Virus record (IMG/VR): IMGVR_UViG_3300014846_000073
Direction: 5' to 3' (one strand)
Length of the DNA stretch: 33,013 bases
Source: a virus
Lineage: Duplodnaviria > Heunggongvirae > Uroviricota > Caudoviricetes
Numbering within the stretch: the stretch's first letter is position 1; each line of letters opens with the position of its first letter. The notes beneath the pieces were generated by a model that worked only from the letters and a program-made list of their open reading frames with translations, was not told where the DNA came from and searched no databases. Shown piece by piece: positions 1-8,699 of this stretch. Position numbers and translations under genes: made by a program.

Positions 1-423
1 CCGCCCCAGCCGTGCCAGGTGCTGCCTCAGATTCAGGTTATGCCGCTCAATTCGCTGCGTATATCGCTTGCTGATTACGTGCAGCTTTCCCTTCAGGCGG
101 GATTCATACAGCGGCCAGCCATCCGTCATCCATATCACCACGTCAAAGGGTGACAGCAGGCTCATAAGACGCCCCAGCGTCGCCATAGTGCGTTCACCGA
201 ATACGTGCGCAACAACCGTCTTCCGGAGCCTGTCATACGCGTAAAACAGCCAGCGCTGGCGCGATTTAGCCCCGACGTATCCCCACTGTTCGTCCATTTC
301 CGCGCAGACGATGACGTCACTGCCCGGCTGTATGCGCGAGGTTACCGACTGCGGCCTGAGTTTTTTAAATGGCGGAAAATCGTGTTGAGGCCAACGCCCA
401 TAATGCGGGCGGTTGCCCGGCAT
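1..423 (-). CDS. insB: IS1 InsB transposase reading frame (partial, C-terminus outside window)
   Basis: Minus-strand translation of 1..423 contains the recognisable InsB segment [38 protein letters not shown]; start ATG at 423..421 overlaps the insA 3' end as in IS1. Confidence 0.8.
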   Translation of the reverse strand, partial: MPGNRPHYGRWPQHDFPPFKKLRPQSVTSRIQPGSDVIVCAEMDEQWGYVGAKSRQRWLFYAYDRLRKTVVAHVFGERTMATLGRLMSLLSPFDVVIWMTDGWPLYESRLKGKLHVISKRYTQRIERHNLNLRQHLARLGR

Positions 424-617
424 CCAACGCCATTCATGGCCATATCAATGATTTTCTGGTGCGTACCGGGTTGAGAAGCGGTGTAAGTGAACTGCAGTTG
501 CCATGTTTTACGGCAGTGAGAGCAGAGATAGCGCTGATGTCCGGCAGTGCTTTTGCCGTTACGCACCACCCCGTCAGTAGCTGAACAGGAGGGACAGCTG
601 ATAGAAACAGAAGCCAC
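342..617 (-). CDS. insA: IS1 InsA (transposition regulator, zinc-finger/HTH)
   Basis: 91-aa [46 protein letters not shown]... matches IS1 InsA as I know it. Confidence 0.92.
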   Translation of the reverse strand: MASVSISCPSCSATDGVVRNGKSTAGHQRYLCSHCRKTWQLQFTYTASQPGTHQKIIDMAMNGVGCRATARIMGVGLNTIFRHLKNSGRSR

Positions 618-672
618 TGGAGCACCTCAAAAACACCATCATACACTAAATCAGTAAGTTGGCAGCATCACC

Positions 673-861
673 CAGCGACGTACTTTATTTATGCACGCAC
701 GACTGACAGAAAAAGAATTCAACCAGCCGTACTGGCGAATTAATGAAGAATCATGTTACTGGCGTGATGCTTTATTCCGTGCATTACGTGAATTATTCAG
801 TCTGTTTGAGTATGCACCGACAATTCTGACGTCGGTAAAACCAGAGCAATATCTGCATTAA
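673..861 (+). pseudogene. 3' fragment of a phage early gene (position corresponds to P2 gene B) truncated by the IS1 insertion
   Basis: Open frame begins immediately at the IS1 end (673) with no start codon and runs 62 codons to TAA at 859..861; lies directly upstream of the orf80-83-like early genes. Confidence 0.4.
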
Positions 862-924
862 ATAATTAACCAGAGTTTTTAACGCACTTAATCGTGCGGG
901 GCTTCTTTTTGCCTGGAGAAAGTC

Positions 925-1149
925 ATGCATACAGTTTCTGAAAATCAGTGCGGTAAATACGCATTACTGCTGCAACAGGCCAGAACCGAAGCACAGGCCG
1001 ACGCTGCGACGCGCTTTTCTTCTCATCTTGACGCCATGATTCGCCATATCACAAAGGCGGAGTTATCCCGCGTGGAGATAGTCGAGCTGCTCAGTCAGGA
1101 GTCGGAAAAATTTCACAATATCGGATTGTCTCGCGGGGAGGTGCTTTGA
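925..1149 (+). CDS. small phage early protein (P2 orf80-like position)
   Basis: 74-aa ORF; stop overlaps the next start (ATGA-type coupling at 1146..1149); same strand and context as the P2 early operon. Confidence 0.55.
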   Translation: MHTVSENQCGKYALLLQQARTEAQADAATRFSSHLDAMIRHITKAELSRVEIVELLSQESEKFHNIGLSRGEVL

Positions 1150-1451
1150 TGTCCTGTTCTCATTCAGTTGTATTACTGAATAACGCCTTAAAAATCGCCG
1201 TTATGGAAAATGGTGATTTATCTCTTATTCAACTTTGTCTTGATAAAGAAAAACGCGACATAACTGAATCTGTTATCGCGATTTATCAGAATGAATTAAA
1301 CCTCCTGTCTGATGTGGTCAATTTACTTGTTAAACGCGCTGTATTCCACAAGCAAATTTCCTCCGTGGATGAACTGACAAAATTAACGACAGAAATCGTC
1401 AGCTATTGCGCTGATGAATTTAAGAAACTGAACGACAAAAGGAACTGGTAA
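1146..1451 (+). CDS. small phage early protein (P2 orf81-like position)
   Basis: 101-aa ORF translationally coupled to both flanking ORFs. Confidence 0.55.
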   Translation: MMSCSHSVVLLNNALKIAVMENGDLSLIQLCLDKEKRDITESVIAIYQNELNLLSDVVNLLVKRAVFHKQISSVDELTKLTTEIVSYCADEFKKLNDKRNW

Positions 1452-1675
1452 TGCCGGACAACGTAGATTTCATTCAGGAACAACAGGCTGAATTACTGGA
1501 GCGCCAGATTAACGCGGCAAGGGTAAAACATTGCGGTGTTTCTGCGCTGGTTTGCGAAGAGTGTGACGTGCCAATACCTGCTGCCCGTCGTGCGGCTTAT
1601 CCGTCAGCCACGCGTTGTGTTTCCTGTCAGTCAGTCTTTGAAGCAAAAAACAAACATTACCGGAGAACGGCATGA
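1451..1675 (+). CDS. DksA/TraR-family C4 zinc-finger protein (P2 orf82-like position)
   Basis: 74 aa with CxxC-(x17)-CxxC arrangement (CEEC...CVSC) typical of TraR/DksA C4 zinc fingers. Confidence 0.7.
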   Translation: MPDNVDFIQEQQAELLERQINAARVKHCGVSALVCEECDVPIPAARRAAYPSATRCVSCQSVFEAKNKHYRRTA

Positions 1676-1947
1676 GTATTCGTATTGAAATTGGCGAACG
1701 TTATGTCGTTACCAGTGACAGCTTTCAGTTTATTCTCCACGAGAAAAAGAGAGCGGAAAGCGGTAAAAACGCCGGTCAGGAATGGCTGTCGGTGGTTGGT
1801 TATTACCCGAAATTAAGCCAGCTCGTTTCCGGCATGATGCATCACGATATTCTGACCGGAAGCGCAAAGTCTTTTGCTGATTTAAACGCGCAGGTTGAGC
1901 AACTCAGCAAGCGTTGTTCAGAGGCTTTTGGCTCATATGGCCGTTAA
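1672..1947 (+). CDS. small phage early protein (P2 orf83-like position)
   Basis: 91-aa ORF coupled to the preceding ORF; overlaps the start of A by 11 nt. Confidence 0.55.
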   Translation: MSIRIEIGERYVVTSDSFQFILHEKKRAESGKNAGQEWLSVVGYYPKLSQLVSGMMHHDILTGSAKSFADLNAQVEQLSKRCSEAFGSYGR

Positions 1948-4216
1948 AGCCTCCGGGCGTTTTGTCCCTCCATCAGCATTTGCCGCAGGCACCGGTAAGG
2001 CGTTTACCGGTGCTTATGCATGGAACGCGCCACGCGAGGCTGTCGGGCGCGAAAGACCCCTTACACGTGACGAGATGCGTCAGGTGCAAGGTGTTTTATC
2101 CACGATTAACCGCCTGCCTTACTTTTTGCGCTCGCTGTTTACTTCACGCTATGACTACATCCGGCGCAATAAAAGCCCGGTGCACGGGTTTTATTTCCTC
2201 ACATCCACTTTTCAGCGTCGTTTATGGCCGCGCATTGAGCGCGTGAATCAGCGCCATGAAATGAACACCGACGCGTCGTTGCTGTTTCTGGCAGAGCGTG
2301 ACCATTATGCGCGTCTGCCGGGGATGAATGACAAGGAACTGAAAAAGTTTGCCGCCCGTATCTCATCGCAGCTTTTCATGATGTATGAGGAACTCTGCGA
2401 TGCATGGGTTGATGCACATGGCGAGAAAGAATCGCTGTTTACGGATGAGGCTCAGGCGCATCTGTATGGTCATGTTGCTGGCGCTGCACGAGCTTTCAAT
2501 ATTTCCCCTCTCTACTGGAAAAAATACCGTAAAGGACAGATGACCACGAGGCAGGCATATTCTGCCATTGCCCGTCTGTTTAACGATGAGTGGTGGACTC
2601 ATCAGCTTAAAGGTCAGCGTATGCGCTGGCATGAGGCGTTACTGATTGCTGTCGGGGAGGTGAATAAAGACCGTTCTCCTTATGCCAGTAAACATGCCAT
2701 TCGTGATGTGCGTGCGCGCCGCCAGGCAAATCTGGAATTTCTTAAATCGTGTGACCTTGAAAACAGGGAAACCGGCGAGCGCATCGACCTTATCAGTAAG
2801 GTGATGGGAAGTATTTCTAATCCTGAAATTCGCCGGATGGAGCTGATGAACACCATTGCCGGTATTGAGCGTTACGCCGCCGCAGAGGGTGATGTGGGGA
2901 TGTTTATCACGCTGACCGCGCCGTCAAAGTATCACCCGACACGTCAGGTCGGAAAAGGCGAAAGTAAAACCGTCCAGCTAAATCACGGCTGGAACGATGA
3001 GGCATTTAATCCAAAGGATGCGCAGCGTTATCTCTGCCGCATCTGGAGCCTGATGCGCACGGCATTCAAGGATAATGATTTACAGGTCTACGGTTTGCGT
3101 GTCGTCGAGCCACACCACGACGGAACGCCGCACTGGCATATGATGCTTTTTTGTAATCCACGTCAGCGTAACCAGATTATCGAAACCATGCGTCGCTACG
3201 CGCTCAAAGAGGATGGCGACGAAAGAGGAGCCGAGCGAAACCGTTTTCAGGCGAAACACCTTAACCGGGGCGGTGCTGCGGGGTATATCGCGAAATACAT
3301 TTCAAAAAATATCGACGGCTATGCACTGGATGGTCAGCTCGATAACGATACCGGCAGACCTCTGAAAGATACTGCCGCGGCTGTTACTGCATGGGCGTCA
3401 ACGTGGCGCATCCCGCAATTTAAAACGGTTGGTCTGCCGACAATGGGGGCTTACCGTGAACTACGCAAATTGCCTCGCGGCGTCAGCATTGCTGATGAGT
3501 TTGACGAACGCGTCGAGGCTGCACGCGCTGCCGCAGACAGTGGCGATTTTGCGTTGTATATCAGTGCGCAGGGTGGGGCAAATGTTCCGCGCGATTGCCA
3601 GACTGTCAGAGTCGCCCGTAGCCCGTCGGATGAAGTTAACGAGTACGAGGAAGAAGTCGAGAGAGTGGTCGGCATTTACGCGCCGCATCTCGGCGCGCGT
3701 CATATTCATATCACCAGAACGACGGACTGGCGCATTGTTCCGAAAGTTCCGGTCGTGGAGCCTTTAACTTTAAAAAGCGGCATCGCCGCGCCTCGGAGTC
3801 CTGTCAATAACTGTGGAAAGCTCACCGGCGGTAATACTTCGTTACCGGTTCCCACACCTTCTGAGCACGCCGTAGCAGTGCTAAATCTGGTTGATGACGG
3901 TGTCATCGAATGGAGTGACCCGGAGGTCGTGAGGGCGCTCAGGGGTGCATTAAAACACGGACTGAGAAGACCAAACCGCCAGCAAAGAAACGGAAGCCCG
4001 TTAAAACCGCATGAAATAGCGCCATCGGCCAGACTGACCCGGTCGGAACGAATGCAAATTACCCGTATCCGCGTTGACCTTGCTCAGAACGGTATCAGGC
4101 CGCAGCGATGGGAGCTTGAGGCGCTGGCGCGTGGCGCGACCGTAAATTATGACGGGAAAAAATTCGCTTATCCGGTCGCTGATGGATGGCCAGGGTTCAC
4201 AACTGTAATAGATTGA
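1937..4216 (+). CDS. A: P2-type replication initiation protein A (rolling-circle nicking endonuclease)
   Basis: 760 aa from ATG 1937 (MAVKASGRF...), which I judge the real start rather than the 1895 ORF-track start; contains the two-tyrosine active-site region GYIAKYISKNIDGY characteristic of P2 gpA. Confidence 0.9.
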   Translation: MAVKASGRFVPPSAFAAGTGKAFTGAYAWNAPREAVGRERPLTRDEMRQVQGVLSTINRLPYFLRSLFTSRYDYIRRNKSPVHGFYFLTSTFQRRLWPRIERVNQRHEMNTDASLLFLAERDHYARLPGMNDKELKKFAARISSQLFMMYEELCDAWVDAHGEKESLFTDEAQAHLYGHVAGAARAFNISPLYWKKYRKGQMTTRQAYSAIARLFNDEWWTHQLKGQRMRWHEALLIAVGEVNKDRSPYASKHAIRDVRARRQANLEFLKSCDLENRETGERIDLISKVMGSISNPEIRRMELMNTIAGIERYAAAEGDVGMFITLTAPSKYHPTRQVGKGESKTVQLNHGWNDEAFNPKDAQRYLCRIWSLMRTAFKDNDLQVYGLRVVEPHHDGTPHWHMMLFCNPRQRNQIIETMRRYALKEDGDERGAERNRFQAKHLNRGGAAGYIAKYISKNIDGYALDGQLDNDTGRPLKDTAAAVTAWASTWRIPQFKTVGLPTMGAYRELRKLPRGVSIADEFDERVEAARAAADSGDFALYISAQGGANVPRDCQTVRVARSPSDEVNEYEEEVERVVGIYAPHLGARHIHITRTTDWRIVPKVPVVEPLTLKSGIAAPRSPVNNCGKLTGGNTSLPVPTPSEHAVAVLNLVDDGVIEWSDPEVVRALRGALKHGLRRPNRQQRNGSPLKPHEIAPSARLTRSERMQITRIRVDLAQNGIRPQRWELEALARGATVNYDGKKFAYPVADGWPGFTTVID

Positions 4217-4322
4217 AATAGTGTGAATATCTAAGAGATAAAACTATATAAGGTGTGTATTAATACTGTGCTGGAGGAAAAGGTGAAAACCAGATGGCAT
4301 GGCTACAATAATAAAACGATAA

Positions 4323-4349
4323 GCCTCATTTTTAATGAGGCCGTTTTTA
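4323..4349 (+). terminator. rho-independent terminator downstream of A (hairpin plus T-tract); may also act on the convergent minus-strand operon
   Basis: GCCTCAT / ATGAGGC 7-bp stem with 5-nt loop, followed by CGTTTTTAT. Confidence 0.5.
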
Positions 4350-4381
4350 TTACATCAAAAGAATTGAATTGTATTGTTAAC

Positions 4382-5053
4382 TTAAAGGGCAAACCTTTCT
4401 ATGGTTCGATACACCTTGTCAAAAATTTGCTCTGAAAGTGAAATGGACCCATTTGTGTTAATTTCTAATGACTCATAACCGGTAACGTCCTTAACATTAA
4501 GTTTAACTTTATCAATTGTAAAATTTGCATTTTTGAAAATGTTTCTTATTTCCATAAGTGCGTCACTTGATGACTCAAGTTCCAGTATGCCGGATGTGTG
4601 TTTGCTAAACGTTAAGTCTTTTAATTTTGCCTTGTGCACTTGTATTTTTTCAAAGTGCGGGGTCAGGAAATAAATGAAGTCCTCAATTTTGATGTTGAGA
4701 TTTGACACATTAAAATCAGAATGTGTTGATTTAATTATGTTTGATATGAAGTTCTTAATGCTTCTGGGAGGCGACTCAATGATTAAGATGAAGTTTTTAC
4801 CTTTTGTTGTGTAAAGCCAAAAGTTAAATTGAATATATTTTAGCTGTGTATATTGAGTCTCGTTTCCATATGGATCAACGATTATCTCGTTGACCTCTAC
4901 TTTCTCGATGTATCGAGATGATATTGCATTTTCTTCATATGAGTTGATACTAAATCCCCAGCCTTTATCACTATCAAAAGGAGTGTTAATGATAGACTGA
5001 TATAAACTATCAAGTCCAGCAGGGAAGTTGGCAGTAAACCATTTTGTTTTCAT
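4382..5053 (-). CDS. hypothetical protein, third gene of AT-rich accessory operon (no recognisable domain)
   Basis: 223-aa ORF; AAGGAG Shine-Dalgarno 7-8 nt upstream of ATG; AT-rich codon usage unlike the phage backbone. Confidence 0.6.
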   Translation of the reverse strand: MKTKWFTANFPAGLDSLYQSIINTPFDSDKGWGFSINSYEENAISSRYIEKVEVNEIIVDPYGNETQYTQLKYIQFNFWLYTTKGKNFILIIESPPRSIKNFISNIIKSTHSDFNVSNLNIKIEDFIYFLTPHFEKIQVHKAKLKDLTFSKHTSGILELESSSDALMEIRNIFKNANFTIDKVKLNVKDVTGYESLEINTNGSISLSEQIFDKVYRTIERFAL

Positions 5054-5064
5054 AACAACTCCTT

Positions 5065-6177
5065 TTATTTATCAGTAACAACCTCAATTGTGTTGGAGGC
5101 GATAATACTGTTTGAAATTTCGCGAGCGGTTTTTTCAAGTGCTAATAATAGCAGTTTTTCCTTCTCTTTATCTACATTTTGACGATTTGCATATTCGTTT
5201 ATATTTTTGTACTTATAAACACCGCGAACGATATACGAGAATAACTTGCAATTATCTGGGTCGACAAATTGAGCCTCGAATTCATATTTGTCCGAGTCTT
5301 TATAAGTGTCAACAACAGAACTCCAAATGATTTTGGTAATATAAAATCCTTTTCCTAACAACTCCTTAAACTCGAGAGAGTCAAGAACGCTGCGCCCTTT
5401 TAGTGAAGCTTTGGAGATATGATATCCTGTGTCAATAATTGTATCGTCATCATCAGAATCATCTTCATTTTCGTTAGACTTATTTGACTCAAGAATTGGA
5501 TGCGTAACGTATACATCCGATACGTCAATGCATTTGTAGTTAGGTATGCTTGAGATTAGTTGCTCAAAAAATTTGCTTCTTTCCGCTGGTGATTTAACAG
5601 TTTCGAGCGAAATCTCATCAAGACTGGCTGGATCCTCATTGTTGTCTTCTTTGATCTTCTCCACGAGGCGCTCGTTGAATTCCCTTGCTTTAGCATTTTG
5701 AGGGAAACGGGTGATAAATTCACCGCTTTCATTCATTTCAACTTGTATTTTGGCTTCACGTGATGAGGATTGGCGAAACTCGCTCATTTTGAAATCTAGT
5801 TTCACATATTTTATTGATACTTCAAAACCATTCTCGGTGTAATTTATATTAGTTATATCGCCTTCTTTTTGAAGATCTTCACAAATAGATTTAATAGTAT
5901 TTTCCATACTATTTTTATCTATATTTGTATTAATAATGTTAATTGATACTTTTTCTCTCCGCCCAACAGAACCGAGTATGTTTGAAAGAAATTCAAAATC
6001 AGAATAGCCATGATAGTATCTGGAAAAATCCAAAGCCAATGTTTTTCGTTTAGTCTCTTTGGATATAATCATTCCTCTTTTAAAAAAGAGACTTTTCATA
6101 TCTTCATGAGTGACTTTAGTTTGATTCAATGCGTCAAACATTGCCTTATCATTTACACTATATAATCCAATTTTCAT
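5065..6177 (-). CDS. hypothetical protein with acidic patch (ENEDDSDDDD), second gene of accessory operon
   Basis: ORF-track frame 5065..6192 starts at a TTG; the ATG at 6177..6175 overlaps the stop of the upstream gene (ATGA coupling), giving 370 aa. Confidence 0.6.
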   Translation of the reverse strand: MKIGLYSVNDKAMFDALNQTKVTHEDMKSLFFKRGMIISKETKRKTLALDFSRYYHGYSDFEFLSNILGSVGRREKVSINIINTNIDKNSMENTIKSICEDLQKEGDITNINYTENGFEVSIKYVKLDFKMSEFRQSSSREAKIQVEMNESGEFITRFPQNAKAREFNERLVEKIKEDNNEDPASLDEISLETVKSPAERSKFFEQLISSIPNYKCIDVSDVYVTHPILESNKSNENEDDSDDDDTIIDTGYHISKASLKGRSVLDSLEFKELLGKGFYITKIIWSSVVDTYKDSDKYEFEAQFVDPDNCKLFSYIVRGVYKYKNINEYANRQNVDKEKEKLLLLALEKTAREISNSIIASNTIEVVTDK

Positions 6178-7238
6178 GCCTGTCGCTCCCAACCAATCTC
6201 TACCGAACTAAAACGAGGCTTTGTAAATTCTACCTGTTGAAAATCAATAGCATCTATTATCGTTTTTTTATGTTCATCGAAACCCCATTCTTGACAATAA
6301 CTATCCTTCGCACGCATAAAAATACTGCGAACATCTTTATGTATGTTAGGGTTAACTATTCTAATTCTTATATTTTCATTGCCATCCAGTAATTGATATT
6401 TAGATAGTGTGTCCAGAATGTAAATAAACTCTAGCTCGTTTTTTCCTTCGCCATTGTAATAAATAATGTAACCATGTTTAAATGTGGTTTCCCATTGTGA
6501 TGTTTCTTCATTGCAATGTCTGACGTCATTATGTTTTATAATAAGGAATGGGCCTGTCAATAATTCTACAGTTGCTGGAAGTTCTTCGGGCGAACCGCTT
6601 ACTTTATGTAGTGAAAGGTCTGGGTAAAAGAATTGATATTTTTTACCGAGTGGAAACTCTCTTTTGTGGCTTAGTTGTGATAAATCGCAGATTATTGACT
6701 GCAGGTAGTTTATAGTTCTTGGTTCAATAATGTGTATTTTTTGACCGGCCCTTACCGGTATATTGTCAAGATTGATACCTCTTTTCTTCTTATCAGTTTC
6801 AGTATTGTGAGACTGATAGAATACATCATAAAAAGATTGGTCAAAGTCTCCGTCATGGTTGTATACAAAGAGCATGCCTCTGACTTCTGACGCACCACTT
6901 TTATAAGAATAACGCTCCTTCCATTCTTTACAACCTTGAGCACAGTCAATAGAATTAGCCAGCGATACTAAAGCATTGCGCATTTTAGTTGCTGTAATTG
7001 AGCCTTTAATATAGCTTTTTAAATCAGTATTTAAAAAAATGGTTCTATTCAAATAGGGATCTTTATAAGAAAATACAACATCAGTTGGATGTGTTCCGGC
7101 TAGTGTTTTATGTTGATCTTTTTTCATGCATGGAAAGTTTTCATTGGTTGGACCAACGAGTTCCCACTTAAACCATTTGAATAGGTCTGAAGATATTTTT
7201 TCTGCCATTGCTGAAATATTTTGAGTTTCACCTGACAT
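6174..7238 (-). CDS. hypothetical protein, first gene of accessory operon (no recognisable domain)
   Basis: 354-aa ORF with ATG at 7238..7236 preceded by an AGGT ribosome-binding site; AT-rich. Confidence 0.6.
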   Translation of the reverse strand: MSGETQNISAMAEKISSDLFKWFKWELVGPTNENFPCMKKDQHKTLAGTHPTDVVFSYKDPYLNRTIFLNTDLKSYIKGSITATKMRNALVSLANSIDCAQGCKEWKERYSYKSGASEVRGMLFVYNHDGDFDQSFYDVFYQSHNTETDKKKRGINLDNIPVRAGQKIHIIEPRTINYLQSIICDLSQLSHKREFPLGKKYQFFYPDLSLHKVSGSPEELPATVELLTGPFLIIKHNDVRHCNEETSQWETTFKHGYIIYYNGEGKNELEFIYILDTLSKYQLLDGNENIRIRIVNPNIHKDVRSIFMRAKDSYCQEWGFDEHKKTIIDAIDFQQVEFTKPRFSSVEIGWERQA

Positions 7239-7476
7239 GATAATTACCTATATATATTTTGTGTAAATCCCTATGAGCCATAACTCTTATGAACCACATG
7301 TAACAACGTGGGGCATATTATGGCTAATCGATCTGTACCATAATTTCATCATTCTTGCATCATCTTGAATGAATTCGCATGCTTACGCCATATCCATATC
7401 AAAACATCAATGTCAACAATGGCGCGGATTCGGCTAAATCATGCAACTGCATTAAAATCGCCCCATGAAGCGGGCG

Positions 7477-7495
7477 GGCGAGGCGGGGAAAGCAC
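7477..7495. other. cos: P2-type cos site (19-nt cohesive-end sequence)
   Basis: Exact match to the P2 cohesive end GGCGAGGCGGGGAAAGCAC as I remember it, located just beyond Q where cos lies in P2. Confidence 0.7.
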
Positions 7496-7637
7496 TGCGC
7501 GCTGGCGGTGGTGCTGATTGTATTTTTTCAGCGTCTGAGCGCGTCTTGATGGCGTTTAGATTGTGCGCCGGGGCGTTGGTGTGTCTGCGGGGTGTTTTGT
7601 GCGGTGGTGAGCGTGTGAGGGCGTGATGACGGGGTGT

Positions 7638-7659
7638 AAAAAAGCCGCCCGCAGGCGGC
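7638..7659 (-). terminator. rho-independent terminator immediately downstream of Q
   Basis: GCCGCC / GGCGGC stem with CGCA loop followed by a six-U run on the minus strand, 5 nt after the Q stop codon. Confidence 0.5.
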
Positions 7660-7664
7660 GATGT

Positions 7665-8699
7665 TCAGCCGTTGTCAGTGTCCAGTGAGTAGTTTTTAAA
7701 GCGGATGACCTCCTGGCCGAGCCAGCCGTTTATTTCCCGAATCCTGTCCTGTAACGGGATAAGTTCATTGCGGACAAAGACCTTTGCCACTTTCTCAATA
7801 TCACCCAGCGACCCGACGTTCTCCGGCTTGCCGCCCATCAACTGAAAGGGGATGCGGTGCGCATCCAGCAGGTCAGCGGCGCTGGATTTTTTGATATTAA
7901 AAAAATCGTCCTTCGTTGCCACTTCACTGAGCGGGATAATTTTAATGCCGTCAGCTTTCCCCTGCGGGGCATAGAGAAACAGGTTTTTAAAGTTGTTGCG
8001 GCCTTTCGACTTGACCATGTTTTCGCGGAGCATTTCGATATCGTTGCGATCCTGCACGGCATCGGTGACGTACATGATGTATCCGGCATGTGCGCCGTTT
8101 TCGTAATACTTGCGGCGGAACAGCGTGGCCGACTCATTCAGCCAGGCAGAGTTAAGGGCGCTGAGATATTCCGGCAGGCCGTACAGCTCCTGATTAATAT
8201 CCGGCTCCAGCAGGTGAAACACGGAGCCGGGCGCGAAGGCTGTCGGCTCGTTGAAGGACGGCACCCACCAGTAAACATCCTCTTCCACACCACGGCGGGT
8301 ATATTTTGCCGGTGAGGTTTCCAGCCTGATAACTTTACCGGTGGTGCTGTAACGCTTTTCCAGAAATGCATTACCAAATACCAGAAAATCCAGCACAAAG
8401 CGGCTGAAATCCTGCTGGGAAAGCCATGGATGCGGGATAAATGTCGAGGCCAGAATATTACGTTTGACGTAAATCGGTGAGCTGTGATGCACGGCAGCAC
8501 GCAGGCTTTTTGCCAGACCGGTAAAGCTGACCGGCGGCTCATACCATCTGCCGTTACTGATGCATTCGACGTAATCCAGAATGTCACGGCGGTCGAGCAC
8601 CGGCACCGGCTCACCAAAGGTGAATGCCTCCATTTTCGGGGCGCTGGCAGTCATTTTTTTTGCCGCAGGTTGCGGTGTTTTCCCTTTTTTCTTGCTCAT
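7665..8699 (-). CDS. Q: portal protein
   Basis: 344 aa, MSKKKGKTPQPAAKKMTASAPKMEAFTFGEP...; length and sequence match P2 gpQ; minus strand, next to cos. Confidence 0.9.
   Translation of the reverse strand: MSKKKGKTPQPAAKKMTASAPKMEAFTFGEPVPVLDRRDILDYVECISNGRWYEPPVSFTGLAKSLRAAVHHSSPIYVKRNILASTFIPHPWLSQQDFSRFVLDFLVFGNAFLEKRYSTTGKVIRLETSPAKYTRRGVEEDVYWWVPSFNEPTAFAPGSVFHLLEPDINQELYGLPEYLSALNSAWLNESATLFRRKYYENGAHAGYIMYVTDAVQDRNDIEMLRENMVKSKGRNNFKNLFLYAPQGKADGIKIIPLSEVATKDDFFNIKKSSAADLLDAHRIPFQLMGGKPENVGSLGDIEKVAKVFVRNELIPLQDRIREINGWLGQEVIRFKNYSLDTDNG

Larger units (their letters stand above)
1..672 (-). mobile_element. IS1: IS1 insertion sequence, partial (about 95 bp of the distal end lies beyond the window start)
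   Basis: InsA protein recognised on minus strand (342..617); reverse complement of the IS1 terminal inverted repeat (GGTGATGCTGCCAACTTACTGATTTAGTGTATGATGG) ends exactly at 672; InsB frame runs off the window edge. Confidence 0.9.

Noticed and set aside
205-584. Plus-strand ORFs 205..474 and 369..584 within IS1
   Set aside because: Antisense to insA/insB inside a well-characterised insertion sequence; not known IS1 products
1895-1936. Longer N-terminal extension of A starting at 1895 (773 aa), as given by the ORF track
   Set aside because: The extension lies within the preceding orf83-like gene; the ATG at 1937 gives the expected P2-like N-terminus (MAVKASGRF...), so the shorter start was preferred
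4253-4435. 60-aa plus-strand ORF downstream of A
   Set aside because: It reads straight through a strong terminator hairpin (4323..4349) and overlaps the 3' end of the convergent accessory gene; most likely non-coding
8138-8617. 159-aa minus-strand ORF and other overlapping ORFs inside Q and P (for example 7857..8315 +, 8965..9441 -, 9734..10444 +)
   Set aside because: They lie inside, out of frame with or antisense to, well-supported portal and terminase genes; GC-rich DNA produces long spurious open frames and none has a recognisable start context or motif
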